A DNA stretch of 64,000 bases from Gammaproteobacteria bacterium (GCA_963662545.2 CAXXLL010000003.1:320001-384000); one strand, 5' to 3'. Shown: positions 31,165 to 41,066, numbered from the stretch's first letter. Numbers and translations are program-made. Notes: generated by a model from the sequence alone, not told the origin.

Positions 31165-31895
31165 AATCTGAGCGGCGAATTATTGCCACGATGAATTCTC
31201 GCGAGACCGAGGTGATCGGCCACCCGATTCCAGAGATCAGCCGCAATCGAGCGCTCTGCTTTTACCAAAGATCGATCACGCAAATATTCCAGTGGACACC
31301 AACGACCGTCCCGTTCCTGATAGAAAATTCTTCGATAAATATTACCCGTGTGGGAGATACGCCAAGGCTCAAAGACTTCGGAAAGTTTGGTGAAAGCATG
31401 ATTGGGGCTCGAGAGCGGCTCTTTCGAGATAACTTCGGGGACTATGATTTGGCTGGTTCGCAGGCCCTTTGCTTCGAGCCCTCGTATTACCAGCCACACG
31501 CCGCCTTCGGTTCGCCCGCTCTCGATTTGTGCCGGCGATGGAGGACCCACATGAATCGTTGCAAATCGAGTTGTCCCCGGTTCGAGTCGCCCCCAATCGG
31601 CGACTTCTTTGAACTTCAATTCCTGAAGTAACGTTTCATATTCGCCAGCCAGATCACCGCGGATGCTCAGCGCCACCTTCAGTATTTTGCCTTGACAAAA
31701 AATTTTCTCCTCGTGAATCGCGGAGAGAGTTTTGAGAAAGTCCTTGTCGACAATGGCATAGTCTTCCAGGAGAAGATCGCCTATTGCCCCTTCTTTCGCG
31801 GGCACCGCTCCACCGTAGAAAAACTCCCACCGACCATCCACGAATTTAACGGGTATTCGGAAGGTGGGTCGCTTTTCTAACATCCGATCCGTCAT
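31137..31895 (-). CDS. Hypothetical protein
   Basis: 252-aa ORF with RBS GAGG, operon-like with RHH and HD genes. Confidence 0.65.
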   Translation of the reverse strand: MTDRMLEKRPTFRIPVKFVDGRWEFFYGGAVPAKEGAIGDLLLEDYAIVDKDFLKTLSAIHEEKIFCQGKILKVALSIRGDLAGEYETLLQELKFKEVADWGRLEPGTTRFATIHVGPPSPAQIESGRTEGGVWLVIRGLEAKGLRTSQIIVPEVISKEPLSSPNHAFTKLSEVFEPWRISHTGNIYRRIFYQERDGRWCPLEYLRDRSLVKAERSIAADLWNRVADHLGLARIHRGNNSPLRLWKRPILWS

Positions 31896-31968
31896 GTTTT
31901 CCTCGTTTTCGTTGACCGTGAGGCGTTAACCCAAAACATCGTTCGGGTTCGCGGGTGGCTCGATGAGT

Positions 31969-32172
31969 TCACCCCTTCTTCGCGAAAAGCTCCGACTGCT
32001 CGGGGACCACAATCCCGACTTTCTCGCAATGCGCTCGCACGAGCACCTCGATCATGTTCGCGATGCTGCGATGGTCCTTGGCGGCGGCAAGCCGAACAGC
32101 CTCCTTGACCCCTGGGTCGATGCGCAGGTTGAGGGTTGCGGTTTTCAGGGCTGGCATATCCACGATTCCCAT
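31969..32172 (-). CDS. Small ribbon-helix-helix regulator
   Basis: KTATLNLRIDPGVKEAVRLAAAKDHRSIANMIEVL. Confidence 0.75.
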   Translation of the reverse strand: MGIVDMPALKTATLNLRIDPGVKEAVRLAAAKDHRSIANMIEVLVRAHCEKVGIVVPEQSELFAKKG

Positions 32173-32227
32173 ACTATGATGTAACGCGTATGTAACGCAA
32201 ACATGACGCTATCACCAGTATACCGAG

Positions 32228-32335
32228 CTTTCCCGAATCCACCTCTTTTCGGGAAAGTCAGGTCAGTCGAGGTCAACAAGAATGCGCCCTTCAGCCAACG
32301 TCATCGACCTACCCCAACCACCGTTTTCGGGAAAG
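32228..32335. promoter_or_regulatory. Palindromic recombinase-type sites CTTTCCCGAA-N10-TTCGGGAAAG plus a degenerate second copy
   Basis: Perfect 10-bp arms at 32228-32257; second TTTTCGGGAAAGT arm near 32324-32336 inside the gene start. Confidence 0.6.
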
Positions 32336-32785
32336 TTACCCCGGAAACCCAGAAACAAGGATGTCAGGTCACGCGAATACTTAACGCCTGACGAAGTTGC
32401 GCAACTAATGCTGGCTGCCGGCAGGGTCGGTCGGCATCCGTTCCGAGACAAGACGCTCATCCTGATTGCTTACCGCCATGCCCTGCGGGTATCCGAATTG
32501 GTGTCTCTCCGCTGGGACCAAATCGACCTGAAACAGGGTCAACTACACGCCGTAAGGATGAAGGGTGGGATTGACTCCACACACCCGCTTAGAGGGCCAG
32601 AATTGCGCGCTCTTAAACGCTTACAGCGCGAGTATGAGAAGTCCCCGTATGTGTTCGTGACAGAGCGCAGAGGACCTCTGACGACGTCTGCTGTGCGGAA
32701 GATTATCGCGAGGGCGGGGGAAGTTGCCGAGCTGGGATTTCCGGTTCATCCGCATATGCTCAGACATGCATGTGGCTTCTACCTA

Positions 32786-34482
32786 GTGTGCATCCCTAAA
32801 CGCGATGCGGTTGAAATAAAAAGGAAAATTTGTCGCTTAAGGGATCGAAACCTCCGGTAGGTCGTGATCTAATGGAACTTCAAACCTCTGATTTTCCACA
32901 CAATCATCGACACCACAGGAGGGGGAATGCGTCAGAAACGCACGGCCCAAGCGAGTATATACGAGCTGTTTGCTGACCATGACCTGGGGCGAGAGCTGCA
33001 GGGCATGTCCGAGTGGCTCGATGCTCACCCCAAGGTCCTCACGCCGGTCATGAACGATCTGTGTCGGCGGGGTTTGAAGCCCACCGGTCGACGCGGACTG
33101 TCGGCGGAGTCGGTGCTGCGCTGCGCGGTGCTCAAGCAGCACCGGCAATTGAGTTACGAGGAGCTGGCCTTTCACCTGCAGGACTCGGCGAGCTTTCAGG
33201 CCTTCGCCCGGTTGCCGGGTAATGAACGTCCGAAGAAGTCTGCCTTACAGCGGGTGGTCTCGGCGATCCAGGTATCGACGTGGGAGTCTATTCATCGCGC
33301 CCTGCTGGCGACGGCGAAAGAGACGCGCATTGAGCCGGCACAGCGTGTACGGATTGATAGCACGGTAACGGACAGTGCCATCCACGCGCCGAGCGACAGT
33401 CATCTGCTGTGGGATGGCGTGCGTGTTGTGGTTCGTCTGCTCGCACAGGCGCGCGAGTTGCCTGGCGCGCCGGAGTTGTGCTTCGTGAACCACACTCGAT
33501 TGGCGAAGAAGCGTGCGCGGGCGCTGTGGTATGCGCGTGGTGCGAAGCAACGCCAACGTCTGTATCGCGATTTGATTGGGGCGACGCGTTCAACCTTGGA
33601 AGCGGTAGCGAGGGTACGTGAGCAGCTGCTGAGCCCGGGCGTCACCGGCGTTGAACTGCCGGACTGGCTAGCGCAGGTAGCGCACTACGAAACACTTGTT
33701 CTGCAGGTGATTTCGCAAACTGAGCGGCGGGTGTTCGGCGGTGAGAAGGTCCCCGCGAGCGAGAAGTGCGTGAGCTTGTTCGAGCCGCATACCGACATCA
33801 TCATAAAGGGTGCGCGCGACGTTCAGTACGGACACAAAATCAATCTGGCTTCGGGGCGCAGTGGCCTCATCCTCGACGTGGTCATCGAGCGAGGCAATCC
33901 GGTCGATAGTCAGCGCTTCATGCCGATGCTCGAACGGCATCGAACACACTACGGAACGATGCCACGACAGGTCGCCGCCGATGGCGGCTATGCGAGCCTC
34001 GACAATCTCCGGGCGGCGAAAGCAGAAGGCATCGAAGACGTTGCCTTCCACAAGAAGCGCGGGCTCGCGATCGCCGACATGGTCAAGAGTCAGTGGGTCT
34101 ATCGACGCTTGCGCAACTTCCGCGCCGGCATCGAGGCCGGTATCTCCTGCCTGAAGCGTGCATACGGATTGGCACGTTGCACCTGGAAGAGCCTGCCGCA
34201 CTTCGAAGCCTACGTGTGGTCTTCTGTGGTCGCCTACAACCTCAGCCTGCTCGCGCGCTATCAACTCGAATAGCGACGTTCACTCGCACTAACTGACCTC
34301 CTCGATATCGTCGAACGGGCGACTTTGGGTTGCAGCGCTCTGCGGCCGGCGAACGTACTCACAATTACGCTCGAAGAGCCCTTCGACCCCCACCGAACCG
34401 CCGCTACCGCTCCAACAACCTACTTTCAACACCTCGATTTCTCCGTGCCCATCGAAGAAAATGCCTGTTTATGGACGGACAC
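32786..34482 (+). mobile_element. ISNCY-type insertion sequence
   Basis: IRs GTGTGCATCCCTAAAC / GTGTCCGTCCATAAAC; 6-bp TSD TACCTA (32780-32785, 34483-34488). Confidence 0.9.
32927..34273 (+). CDS. ISNCY (IS5-like DDE) transposase
   Basis: RIDSTV, SLFEPHTDII.KG, AADGGYAS, FRAGIEAGISCLKR. Confidence 0.9.
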   Translation: MRQKRTAQASIYELFADHDLGRELQGMSEWLDAHPKVLTPVMNDLCRRGLKPTGRRGLSAESVLRCAVLKQHRQLSYEELAFHLQDSASFQAFARLPGNERPKKSALQRVVSAIQVSTWESIHRALLATAKETRIEPAQRVRIDSTVTDSAIHAPSDSHLLWDGVRVVVRLLAQARELPGAPELCFVNHTRLAKKRARALWYARGAKQRQRLYRDLIGATRSTLEAVARVREQLLSPGVTGVELPDWLAQVAHYETLVLQVISQTERRVFGGEKVPASEKCVSLFEPHTDIIIKGARDVQYGHKINLASGRSGLILDVVIERGNPVDSQRFMPMLERHRTHYGTMPRQVAADGGYASLDNLRAAKAEGIEDVAFHKKRGLAIADMVKSQWVYRRLRNFRAGIEAGISCLKRAYGLARCTWKSLPHFEAYVWSSVVAYNLSLLARYQLE

Positions 34483-34585
34483 TACCTAGCCAATGAAGGA
34501 CACGATACGCGAGCGATTCAGATGTATCTGGGCCACTCGAACATTCAGCACACGACCCGGTATACGGAACTGGCGGCGAACCGGT

Positions 34586-34837
34586 TTAATGGGTTTTGGA
34601 AGGATTAAACCAGCGCTCCCGATCGTCGCTCTGAAGCTCGGGCGCTGCCACCGCCTCCTTAATCTTCGCCCGCCATTCAGCCAAGTCGTTTACCGCCTTG
34701 TCAGCCGTTTCCACGAGCAGCTTGGTCGGCACTTTGCCTCTCTTGGTGGACTTTATGAAGCCAGCCAGAGCTGCGGTGGCGTTGCCGAGGATTTTGTACA
34801 GATCGCGTAAGCCCGCGAGGTCGTCTTTTTCGTTCAT
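34586..34837 (-). CDS. Hypothetical protein
   Basis: 83-aa ORF between the recombinase and the first repeat. Confidence 0.4.
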   Translation of the reverse strand: MNEKDDLAGLRDLYKILGNATAALAGFIKSTKRGKVPTKLLVETADKAVNDLAEWRAKIKEAVAAPELQSDDRERWFNPSKTH

Positions 34838-34882
34838 ACGGCTAGTCTAGCTTGCATTCGGTTGGCCTCGAATCGCAACCCA

Positions 34883-35027
34883 ATAAGCCGCGTGTAGCAA
34901 AAGTCGCCGCTCGCCAGTGCCGCGTTGCCGAACGCTACTCGACGACCGCTTACGAGCGCATTGCAGACGTAATGCTTAGCGTTGTTGCAGTGCCGCGATT
35001 TGGCCGCTGACGACCCTAAACGGCCAT
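34883..35027 (+). repeat. 145-bp tripartite repeat R1 (subsite A degenerate)
   Basis: B GACCGCttacgagcgcattGCAGAC at 34944; C GGCCGCtgacgaccctaaACGGCC at 35002. Confidence 0.85.
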
Positions 35028-35188
35028 CGGCGAAAATCGAATAACCAATCCTGACGGTTTCAAGTAGGGGAAATTTAACCCCGAGCGTAACGTCGCAATG
35101 CAAGACTTAATCCCATCGTTTAAGTCCTATGGACTGGGGAAAGGGTAGACCGCTGGAAAAGGGTTAAGCCGGTGTTTCAGGGGCCCTT

Positions 35189-35415
35189 TGTCAAGATTTT
35201 TTACACGCCGAGTTTCCCGGCCCGATTGGCGCTAAGCCTTTGTTGTTATTACGGTTCGTACCCAGATTACCCGGAAACCCCGGTGATTTGGCCCCGAAAT
35301 GGGTTGAAAAGTGTCAGTAATTTTTACAAATCCCGGTATTTTTACGGCGTCATGCTAGGGCGTATGGCCTAACCCCTTGAAAGCACTTTAATTATTTTTT
35401 TGGCATGAAACCTGC
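35189..35415 (+). promoter_or_regulatory. Sigma54 promoter with two TGT-N11-ACA enhancer boxes
   Basis: TGTcaagattttttACA 35189-35205; TGTcagtaatttttACA 35312-35328; TGGCATG-N4-CTGC -24/-12 at 35401-35415. Confidence 0.75.
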
Positions 35416-35477
35416 GTCTTAACCAAGCGACGAGAGGCAATTGTTGCCCAATTTAGAAAACGACCGGAGCGTCTGAC

Positions 35478-36257
35478 ATGACCTCGTTCGCGGCCAACCC
35501 CGCGAAACCATTTCCCCCGGCCGCCATTCTGGTGGCGATTCTTCTTATAGGTGCCCCACCGTCCGCTCGAGGCGTGGTGTTGAATTTCGAGGGCTTGATG
35601 CTGCAGTTTCCAACTGGCAACGAAGGGCCGGTTCTAACGCCGTTCCTTACCGGGACGTATGGGTTTCGCTTAACATTGGACGAGCCAGAGCTCTTCCCAC
35701 AAGTCATTAACACGCCTGCTATGCAGGGCATCGTGCACGACATCGAGACCGCTCAGCTCGAAATTTTCCACAACGGCGTGCCCCTCATAATCGGGAGCCA
35801 GGACGTTCACGCCGCAGACGACGGTGTATCGGCCCAGATCTTCTATGACTACAATAATCCCGGAGAAGGCTTCAACGGCCCCCTCGATTTGATCTTAGTG
35901 CAAGGCATCATACCCAGCGGCTCGTTACTGACGGACAATTTATTTGAAGCGGTAACTCTAGAGATTTTCATGACGTTGTTCCCCATGGACGAGTTAGACG
36001 CTTCCGCACGTGAATTGCCTACCCTGATACCGCCATCACAATTCAACGTGGTTACTATGACTATTCACTACCAGATATTATCTGTAAGCCCCCAAGCAGT
36101 GGTGACCCATGAAATTATCCGCGTGGATGGGTTTCAGGGAACCGGTTTCGGCCCGGTGACTAGCCTCACGCTACAAACCATCCCTGAACCCACCGCCCTT
36201 GCCCTTATGGGATTAGCACTCGCAGGATTGGGTTTCCAAAGGCGTAAAGCAGCGTAA
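35478..36257 (+). CDS. PEP-CTERM sorting domain protein
   Basis: Signal peptide; C-terminal IPEPTALALMGLALAGLGFQRRKAA. Confidence 0.9.
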   Translation: MTSFAANPAKPFPPAAILVAILLIGAPPSARGVVLNFEGLMLQFPTGNEGPVLTPFLTGTYGFRLTLDEPELFPQVINTPAMQGIVHDIETAQLEIFHNGVPLIIGSQDVHAADDGVSAQIFYDYNNPGEGFNGPLDLILVQGIIPSGSLLTDNLFEAVTLEIFMTLFPMDELDASARELPTLIPPSQFNVVTMTIHYQILSVSPQAVVTHEIIRVDGFQGTGFGPVTSLTLQTIPEPTALALMGLALAGLGFQRRKAA

Positions 36258-36280
36258 CCGCTCTCAATAATCTAACATCA

Positions 36281-36309
36281 GGAAGCCTGCTTCGGCGGGT
36301 TTCTTTTTT
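36281..36309 (+). terminator. Intrinsic terminator
   Basis: GAAGCCTGC-TTCG-GCGGGTTTC-TTTTTT. Confidence 0.8.
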
Positions 36310-36317
36310 GGCGCGCC

Positions 36318-36462
36318 AGGTCCGCAGTTGGCCGAGACCCGCCCTGCTCAGCTAACGCTCCACTGAAAGCCACTGGATGACCGCTTCCGAGCGCATTGCA
36401 GACGTAACGTTTAATCGTGCTGCACTGCCGCGATAAGGCCGCTGACGACCCACAGCGGACAT
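36318..36462 (+). repeat. 145-bp tripartite repeat R2
   Basis: Subsites start at 36320, 36379 and 36437. Confidence 0.9.
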
Positions 36463-37397
36463 GGCTATCGGAGCGGCAGTGAAGGGAATGCCACTGTCAA
36501 GCGTCCGCCTCCAACGACCCGTTATGCTGCATTATGAATGCACAGTGACCCCATTTCTGTTCAATTATTCTACGATCCTTTTCTATGTTCGGCGGACCTG
36601 GCGGAACTTCATTGTCGAGCGCCGTGAACATTTGAGCAGCTATGCTCCCGGAGCCTGTTATTTCCAGCATTTCGCCGCCATCGCCGTATTTGAACGCATG
36701 TATCGTTCCACCCGGCACAAAAACAAGTGTGCCTGGTGTGCACAGTTCGGTCCTTCCATCACAGGTGATTTCAACGCTTCCTTTAATCACGAAAAATGAT
36801 TCATCCCAGTCGTGGCTATGAGGCGGAGGTCCCATGCCTTTGTCTCCGGACTGATACGTAAATTCCTGTCCCTGTGTTTCTTGTTTTGAAGCGAGCACGG
36901 CTATCGGAGCGGCAGTGAAGGGAATGCCACTGTCAAGCGTCCGCCTCCAACGACCCGTTATGCTGCATTATGAATGCACAGTGCATTACTTCTACGATCT
37001 TTTCTATGTTCGGCGGACCTGGCGGAACTTCATTGTCGAGCGCCGTGAACATTTGAGCAGCTATGCTCCCGGAGCCTGTTATTTCCAGCATTTCGCCGCC
37101 ATCGGGGCCGTATTTGAACGCATGTATCGTTCCACCCGGCACAAAAACAAGTGTGCCTGGTGTGCACAGTTCGGTCCTTCCATCACAGGTGATTTCAACG
37201 CTTCCTTTAATCACGAAAAATGATTCATCCCAGTCGTGGCTATGAGGCGGAGGTCCCATGCCTTTGTCTCCGGACTGATACGTAAATTCCTGTCCCTGTG
37301 TTTCTTGTTTTGAAGCGAGCACGGTTACGTCAGTGCCTACGACGTTCAACGCGGATTTATAAGTCTCCGGTTTGATAATAAGCGGGGCTCTACTCAT
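36463..37397 (-). pseudogene. Cupin domain gene with tandem duplication of its 3' ~430 bp; both copies carry indels
   Basis: PPPHSHDWDESF and VFVPGGTIHAF cupin motifs; 36463-36900 repeated at 36899-37324. Confidence 0.8.
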
Positions 37398-37435
37398 GGG
37401 ATTACTCCTCCGACGGTGTAGATGGGCCGGTTGCG

Positions 37436-37489
37436 GCATAACGCTAGGATAACCTGCTGTAACACGTCAGGATGATCCGTTTGTTAGGT
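37436..37489 (-). other. Integron attC site (54 bp)
   Basis: Minus strand: R'' ACCTAAC, AAACG, L'' GATCATCC ... L' GGTTATC, CTAGC, R' GTTATGC, followed by RBS and cupin ATG. Confidence 0.75.
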
Positions 37490-37491
37490 GG

Positions 37492-38581
37492 CCCGGATTC
37501 ACAATGTAAGTGCAACACAAGAATTTCCCTATATCGCGTTAAACGAAGCGAGCTGGGATACTCGTAAGCACTCTCTTCTTGGCAGAATAGGAAACTTACG
37601 ATGAGTTATCACCAGCTCACCTCTGGAGAGAGGTATATGCTTCACACCTTGAAAATGCAAGGCTGTAAAAACGCAGAGGTCGCTCGAAAACTCGGGCGAC
37701 ATCGGTCTACGATCGGACGCGAACTAAAGCGTAATCGCCGCATCGGTCGGTATCGTCCTGACGAAGCTGAGGAGATGACCCGAGGCAGGCGAACGAAGTC
37801 TCGCCGACGATGGTATTTCACCGACCAACAACTCAGTCTCGCCATTCGCTTGCTGCGCGAGGAATGGAGCCCCCAGCAAGTCTCGGATTGGTTCAAGCGT
37901 CATCGGATATTTTCAATCAGTCACCAGACCCTATACCGGTATATCTGGTACGACCACTTCTTCGGCGGCACCTTATATAAGCATCTGCGACAGGCGGAAA
38001 AACGACGACGGAAACGCTACGGCAGCGGTGATTCTCGCGGTGTTATGCGAGGAAAGCGCCATATCACCGAACGACCACCAGGCGCTGAAAACCGTTCCCG
38101 CATCGGTCATTGGGAAATAGACACCGTCATCGGTAGCCACGACGGTCACTGCATCGTGACCCTCGTTGAACGTAAGACACGATATACCTTAATCGGAAAA
38201 CTTCGGGCTCGCACGACCGCCGAACTCAACCGCAAAGTGATCCAACTTATCAAACGTGAAATGCGCTTGGTGCGAACCGTAACCGCCGATAATGGAACTG
38301 AGTTTCATCAGTTCCAGAAGATAGAAAACGCGACCGACGCTCGCTTCTATTTTTGTACGCCATATCATTCCTGGGAACGCGGTACCAATGAAAATACCAA
38401 CGGCCTTATTCGACAGTACCTGCCCAAAGGGAAAACCATGGCAGACGTTACACAACGTGACTGCGATAAGATAGCGAAGAAACTCAACACACGTCCGCGA
38501 AGGGTTCTCGGCGTCAAAACACCGGAGGAATGTTATGCAGCAGTTTAATCACCCCTGTTGCACTTCACTTGGACATCTGGG
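37492..38581 (+). mobile_element. IS30 family element
   Basis: Imperfect ~26-bp IRs ending AAGTGCAACA; 3-bp TSD TGG. Confidence 0.9.
37601..38548 (+). CDS. IS30 family transposase
   Basis: GRHRSTIGRELKRN, GHWEIDTV, TADNGTEF, WERGTNENTNGLIRQYLPKG. Confidence 0.96.
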   Translation: MSYHQLTSGERYMLHTLKMQGCKNAEVARKLGRHRSTIGRELKRNRRIGRYRPDEAEEMTRGRRTKSRRRWYFTDQQLSLAIRLLREEWSPQQVSDWFKRHRIFSISHQTLYRYIWYDHFFGGTLYKHLRQAEKRRRKRYGSGDSRGVMRGKRHITERPPGAENRSRIGHWEIDTVIGSHDGHCIVTLVERKTRYTLIGKLRARTTAELNRKVIQLIKREMRLVRTVTADNGTEFHQFQKIENATDARFYFCTPYHSWERGTNENTNGLIRQYLPKGKTMADVTQRDCDKIAKKLNTRPRRVLGVKTPEECYAAV

Positions 38582-38606
38582 TGGATGATGCATTTCAAAT
38601 GTGAAC

Positions 38607-39038
38607 TCAGGCCCCTTCGGCTAGCTGCCGCTCGTAACAAGCAGCATCGTAGTAGCCACGAGACTGTGCGATCAGGCCTGATTCGCCCATCTCCCAAACC
38701 TCGACTCCGCTCACGCGAACGGAATTTCCCGTGCCGCCCGGTCCTGTGTTGGTCCCAGTGAGCGTCCATACAAAGAACGCAGCATTACCTGCGACGAGAA
38801 GCTGATCAAGACTGATTTGTAAGTCGGGAAAAGCTTCCATGTAGCTACTTGCTACAGCTGCTAGCGCCGTGCGTCCAATGGCGGGTGGTCCGTCGTTTAT
38901 CGATTGTCGTCCGACTTCCTCGTAGCACGAGGCCATTCCCTCCGGATCGTGCGAAGACCACGCACTCGCACACCGAATCGCGAGATCCCATAGTGCTTGG
39001 GATGGGGCCGTCGAACCTGGCGTCGAGGCTAATTGCAT
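38607..39038 (-). CDS. SnoaL-like ester cyclase
   Basis: AWSSHDP, YMEAFPDL, WTLTGTNTGPGGTG. Confidence 0.85.
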   Translation of the reverse strand: MQLASTPGSTAPSQALWDLAIRCASAWSSHDPEGMASCYEEVGRQSINDGPPAIGRTALAAVASSYMEAFPDLQISLDQLLVAGNAAFFVWTLTGTNTGPGGTGNSVRVSGVEVWEMGESGLIAQSRGYYDAACYERQLAEGA

Positions 39039-39196
39039 TACCGTTTCCTCCGGTTTTTTGCTTTAACGAAAATGTGTCCTTATTTGGGAACTGTATAGAG
39101 GCCTAACATTAAATGGTCGCTACAATGACGCGATTAATCGAATCATTGTGACGCATAATAATCGGTGCAGACATAGCTGTGGTTACGGTAGCCGGG

Positions 39197-39339
39197 GATG
39201 GCTCTTGGCCGACTGCAGCCGTGCTCCCTCCACTCGGTTCTTGAAGCAACTGGACGACCGCTATGAAGGGGAATACAGACGTAATCTAGAGCGGTGTTGC
39301 GATGCGACGATGAGGCCGCTGACGACCCACAGCGGACCT
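39197..39339 (+). repeat. 145-bp tripartite repeat R3
   Basis: tggccgactGCAGCC / GACCGCtatgaaggggaatACAGAC / GGCCGCtgacgacccacaGCGGAC. Confidence 0.88.
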
Positions 39340-39469
39340 CCACAAATCCGGAACCGCTATGCCCGTCCGACGACGAGAACCAAGTTTTCAATCGCTCTTG
39401 TCAGTTGATTATCGATTCCCGGACGGGTTACGGTTCCGTTACCTTAAGAAAATATGGAGAGAGCACTTA

Positions 39470-40414
39470 ATGTCGTTGCCCTCCTTGCCAGAAGTAACTC
39501 GTATTTACCAGAACACGTTCTTCGACAGCACGCGCTGGGACGGTTTCAAACCGCGCGACGGTGACATCATCATCTCGACGTCGTACAAAGGCGGCACGAC
39601 CTGGACACAGGCAATCTGCGGGGCGCTTATTTTTCAATCACCGGACCCTCCTGCACCGCTGGACGAACTCTCACCGTGGATCGACTCAATGTACCATCCC
39701 ATTGAGGACGTCCTCGACCGCGTCGAAACGATGACCTACCGCCGTTACGTCAAGACGCATTTACCGCTCACGGCAGTGCCCTATTACGACAATGTCCATT
39801 ACATCTTCGTCGGTCGTGACGGGCGCGACGTGTGGATGTCGCTGTGGAATCACTTCCGCAACATGAAACCGGAGGTGGTGCAGGCGTTGAACGATAATCC
39901 TCTACGCAAAGGACCCGAGGTGCCGCCGGTTGCCACAGACATTAACGAGGGGTTCGATGAGTGGATGTCGAAATCCCTATACCCCTGGGAACGCGACGGC
40001 TATCCGGCATGGTCACTCCATAATCACGCACAAACGTGGTGGAACTACCGGCACCTCGACAATATCCTGTGTGTTCATTTCGCCGATATGCTCGATGATC
40101 TGAACGGTCAGATGCGCCGCATTGCCGCGTATCTCGACATACCGGTAAACGAGGACGTCTGGCCGGCGCTCGTGCAGTCGGTCACATTCGATGAGATGAA
40201 GCGCAACTTCGCTACGCGCGCACCGGGCAGCAGTAGGGGGGTGTGGAAAGACACTAAGAATTTCTTTCACAAGGGCACCAATCGTCGCTGGGAAGGCGTG
40301 TTGAGCGCTGATCAGATCAGGCGGTATGAATCGCTTATTACAGAGCTGATGGAACCGAATTTGGTGCGCTGGCTTGTGCACGACGACGGGTTCATCGATC
40401 CAAAATCCTTATAG
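39470..40414 (+). CDS. PAPS-dependent sulfotransferase
   Basis: STSYKGGTTW 5'-PSB loop, VKTHLP, RDGRDVWMS, FFHKG. Confidence 0.92.
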   Translation: MSLPSLPEVTRIYQNTFFDSTRWDGFKPRDGDIIISTSYKGGTTWTQAICGALIFQSPDPPAPLDELSPWIDSMYHPIEDVLDRVETMTYRRYVKTHLPLTAVPYYDNVHYIFVGRDGRDVWMSLWNHFRNMKPEVVQALNDNPLRKGPEVPPVATDINEGFDEWMSKSLYPWERDGYPAWSLHNHAQTWWNYRHLDNILCVHFADMLDDLNGQMRRIAAYLDIPVNEDVWPALVQSVTFDEMKRNFATRAPGSSRGVWKDTKNFFHKGTNRRWEGVLSADQIRRYESLITELMEPNLVRWLVHDDGFIDPKSL

Positions 40415-40482
40415 CAGGCGACGGCGTTTGGCGTCGATAACGCCACCACCATCTGTTTCCCGTGAGCAACCATGAGACAACC

Positions 40483-40502
40483 GCTTTTATTCTTCTTATA
40501 CG
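40483..40502 (+). mobile_element. ISCR/IS91 oriIS-like end
   Basis: GCTTTTATTCTTCTTATACG resembles the ISCR oriIS end (TTTATACTTCCTATAC, recalled from memory) and abuts a gene fragment. Confidence 0.45.
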
Positions 40503-40666
40503 TCCGCGATCAGGGCCGCCTGGTCGGAGATTCACCACAAATGCCCTTGTTCTCGAATAAACACCCGCTCATCGGTGCGCTGGGAATGATCGATCCCGAC
40601 TCTCTGACCCCGATCGAAGCGCTCGAAACTCTCTTCCGGTTGCGGTCCTTACTCGACGACGAATGA
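40503..40666 (+). pseudogene. mutS: mutS extreme 3' fragment
   Basis: QMPLF clamp-binding-like motif and IDPDSLTPIEALETLFRLR tail; followed by fdxA as in the usual synteny. Confidence 0.8.
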
Positions 40667-40742
40667 CCATCTTTCTTGTTGGGCTCGGGCGAGGCCGCCG
40701 TTATACTGCACTGCTTTTTCATCAGTCACGAAGTGCTGAGAC

Positions 40743-41066
40743 ATGACATTTGTTGTTGTTGAAAGTTGTATCAAGTGCAAGCTCACGGACTGCGTGGAGG
40801 TATGTCCCGTCGATTGCTTTCACGAAGGTCCGAACATGCTGGTCATCGATCCGGATGAATGTATCGATTGCACCTTGTGCGAACCCGAATGTCCGGTCGA
40901 CGCCATCAAATCCGAGGACGATCTCACCGACGACGAGCAGCACTTCCTGGCCTTGAACACGGAACTTTCCGCCGAGTGGCCCGTGATCAGTGAGATGAAG
41001 GACCCGCCGCCCGATGCGGATGAGTGGAGGGACAAAACCGATAAGCTGCAATACCTCGAACGTTGA
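40743..41066 (+). CDS. fdxA: FdxA-type 7Fe ferredoxin
   Basis: [18 protein letters not shown]...[17 protein letters not shown]. Confidence 0.95.
   Translation: MTFVVVESCIKCKLTDCVEVCPVDCFHEGPNMLVIDPDECIDCTLCEPECPVDAIKSEDDLTDDEQHFLALNTELSAEWPVISEMKDPPPDADEWRDKTDKLQYLER

Larger units (their letters stand above)
32282..34608 (+). pseudogene. FimB/FimE-like tyrosine recombinase split by ISNCY
   Basis: REYLT..EV, YRHALRVSEL, HPHMLRHACGFYL [IS] ANEGHDTRAIQMYLGHSNIQHTTRYT; removing the IS and one TACCTA restores the frame. Confidence 0.92.

Noticed and set aside
24971-34608. Either tyrosine recombinase as integron integrase IntI
   Set aside because: Both are about 200-230 aa, lack an N-terminal domain and the IntI-specific insertion, and have their own palindromic sites.
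39061-39092. dif/pdif-like site (minus: TTCCCAAATAA-GGACACAT-TTTCGTTAAAG)
   Set aside because: Needs an 8-bp centre and several mismatches to the XerD arm; single copy with no partner site.
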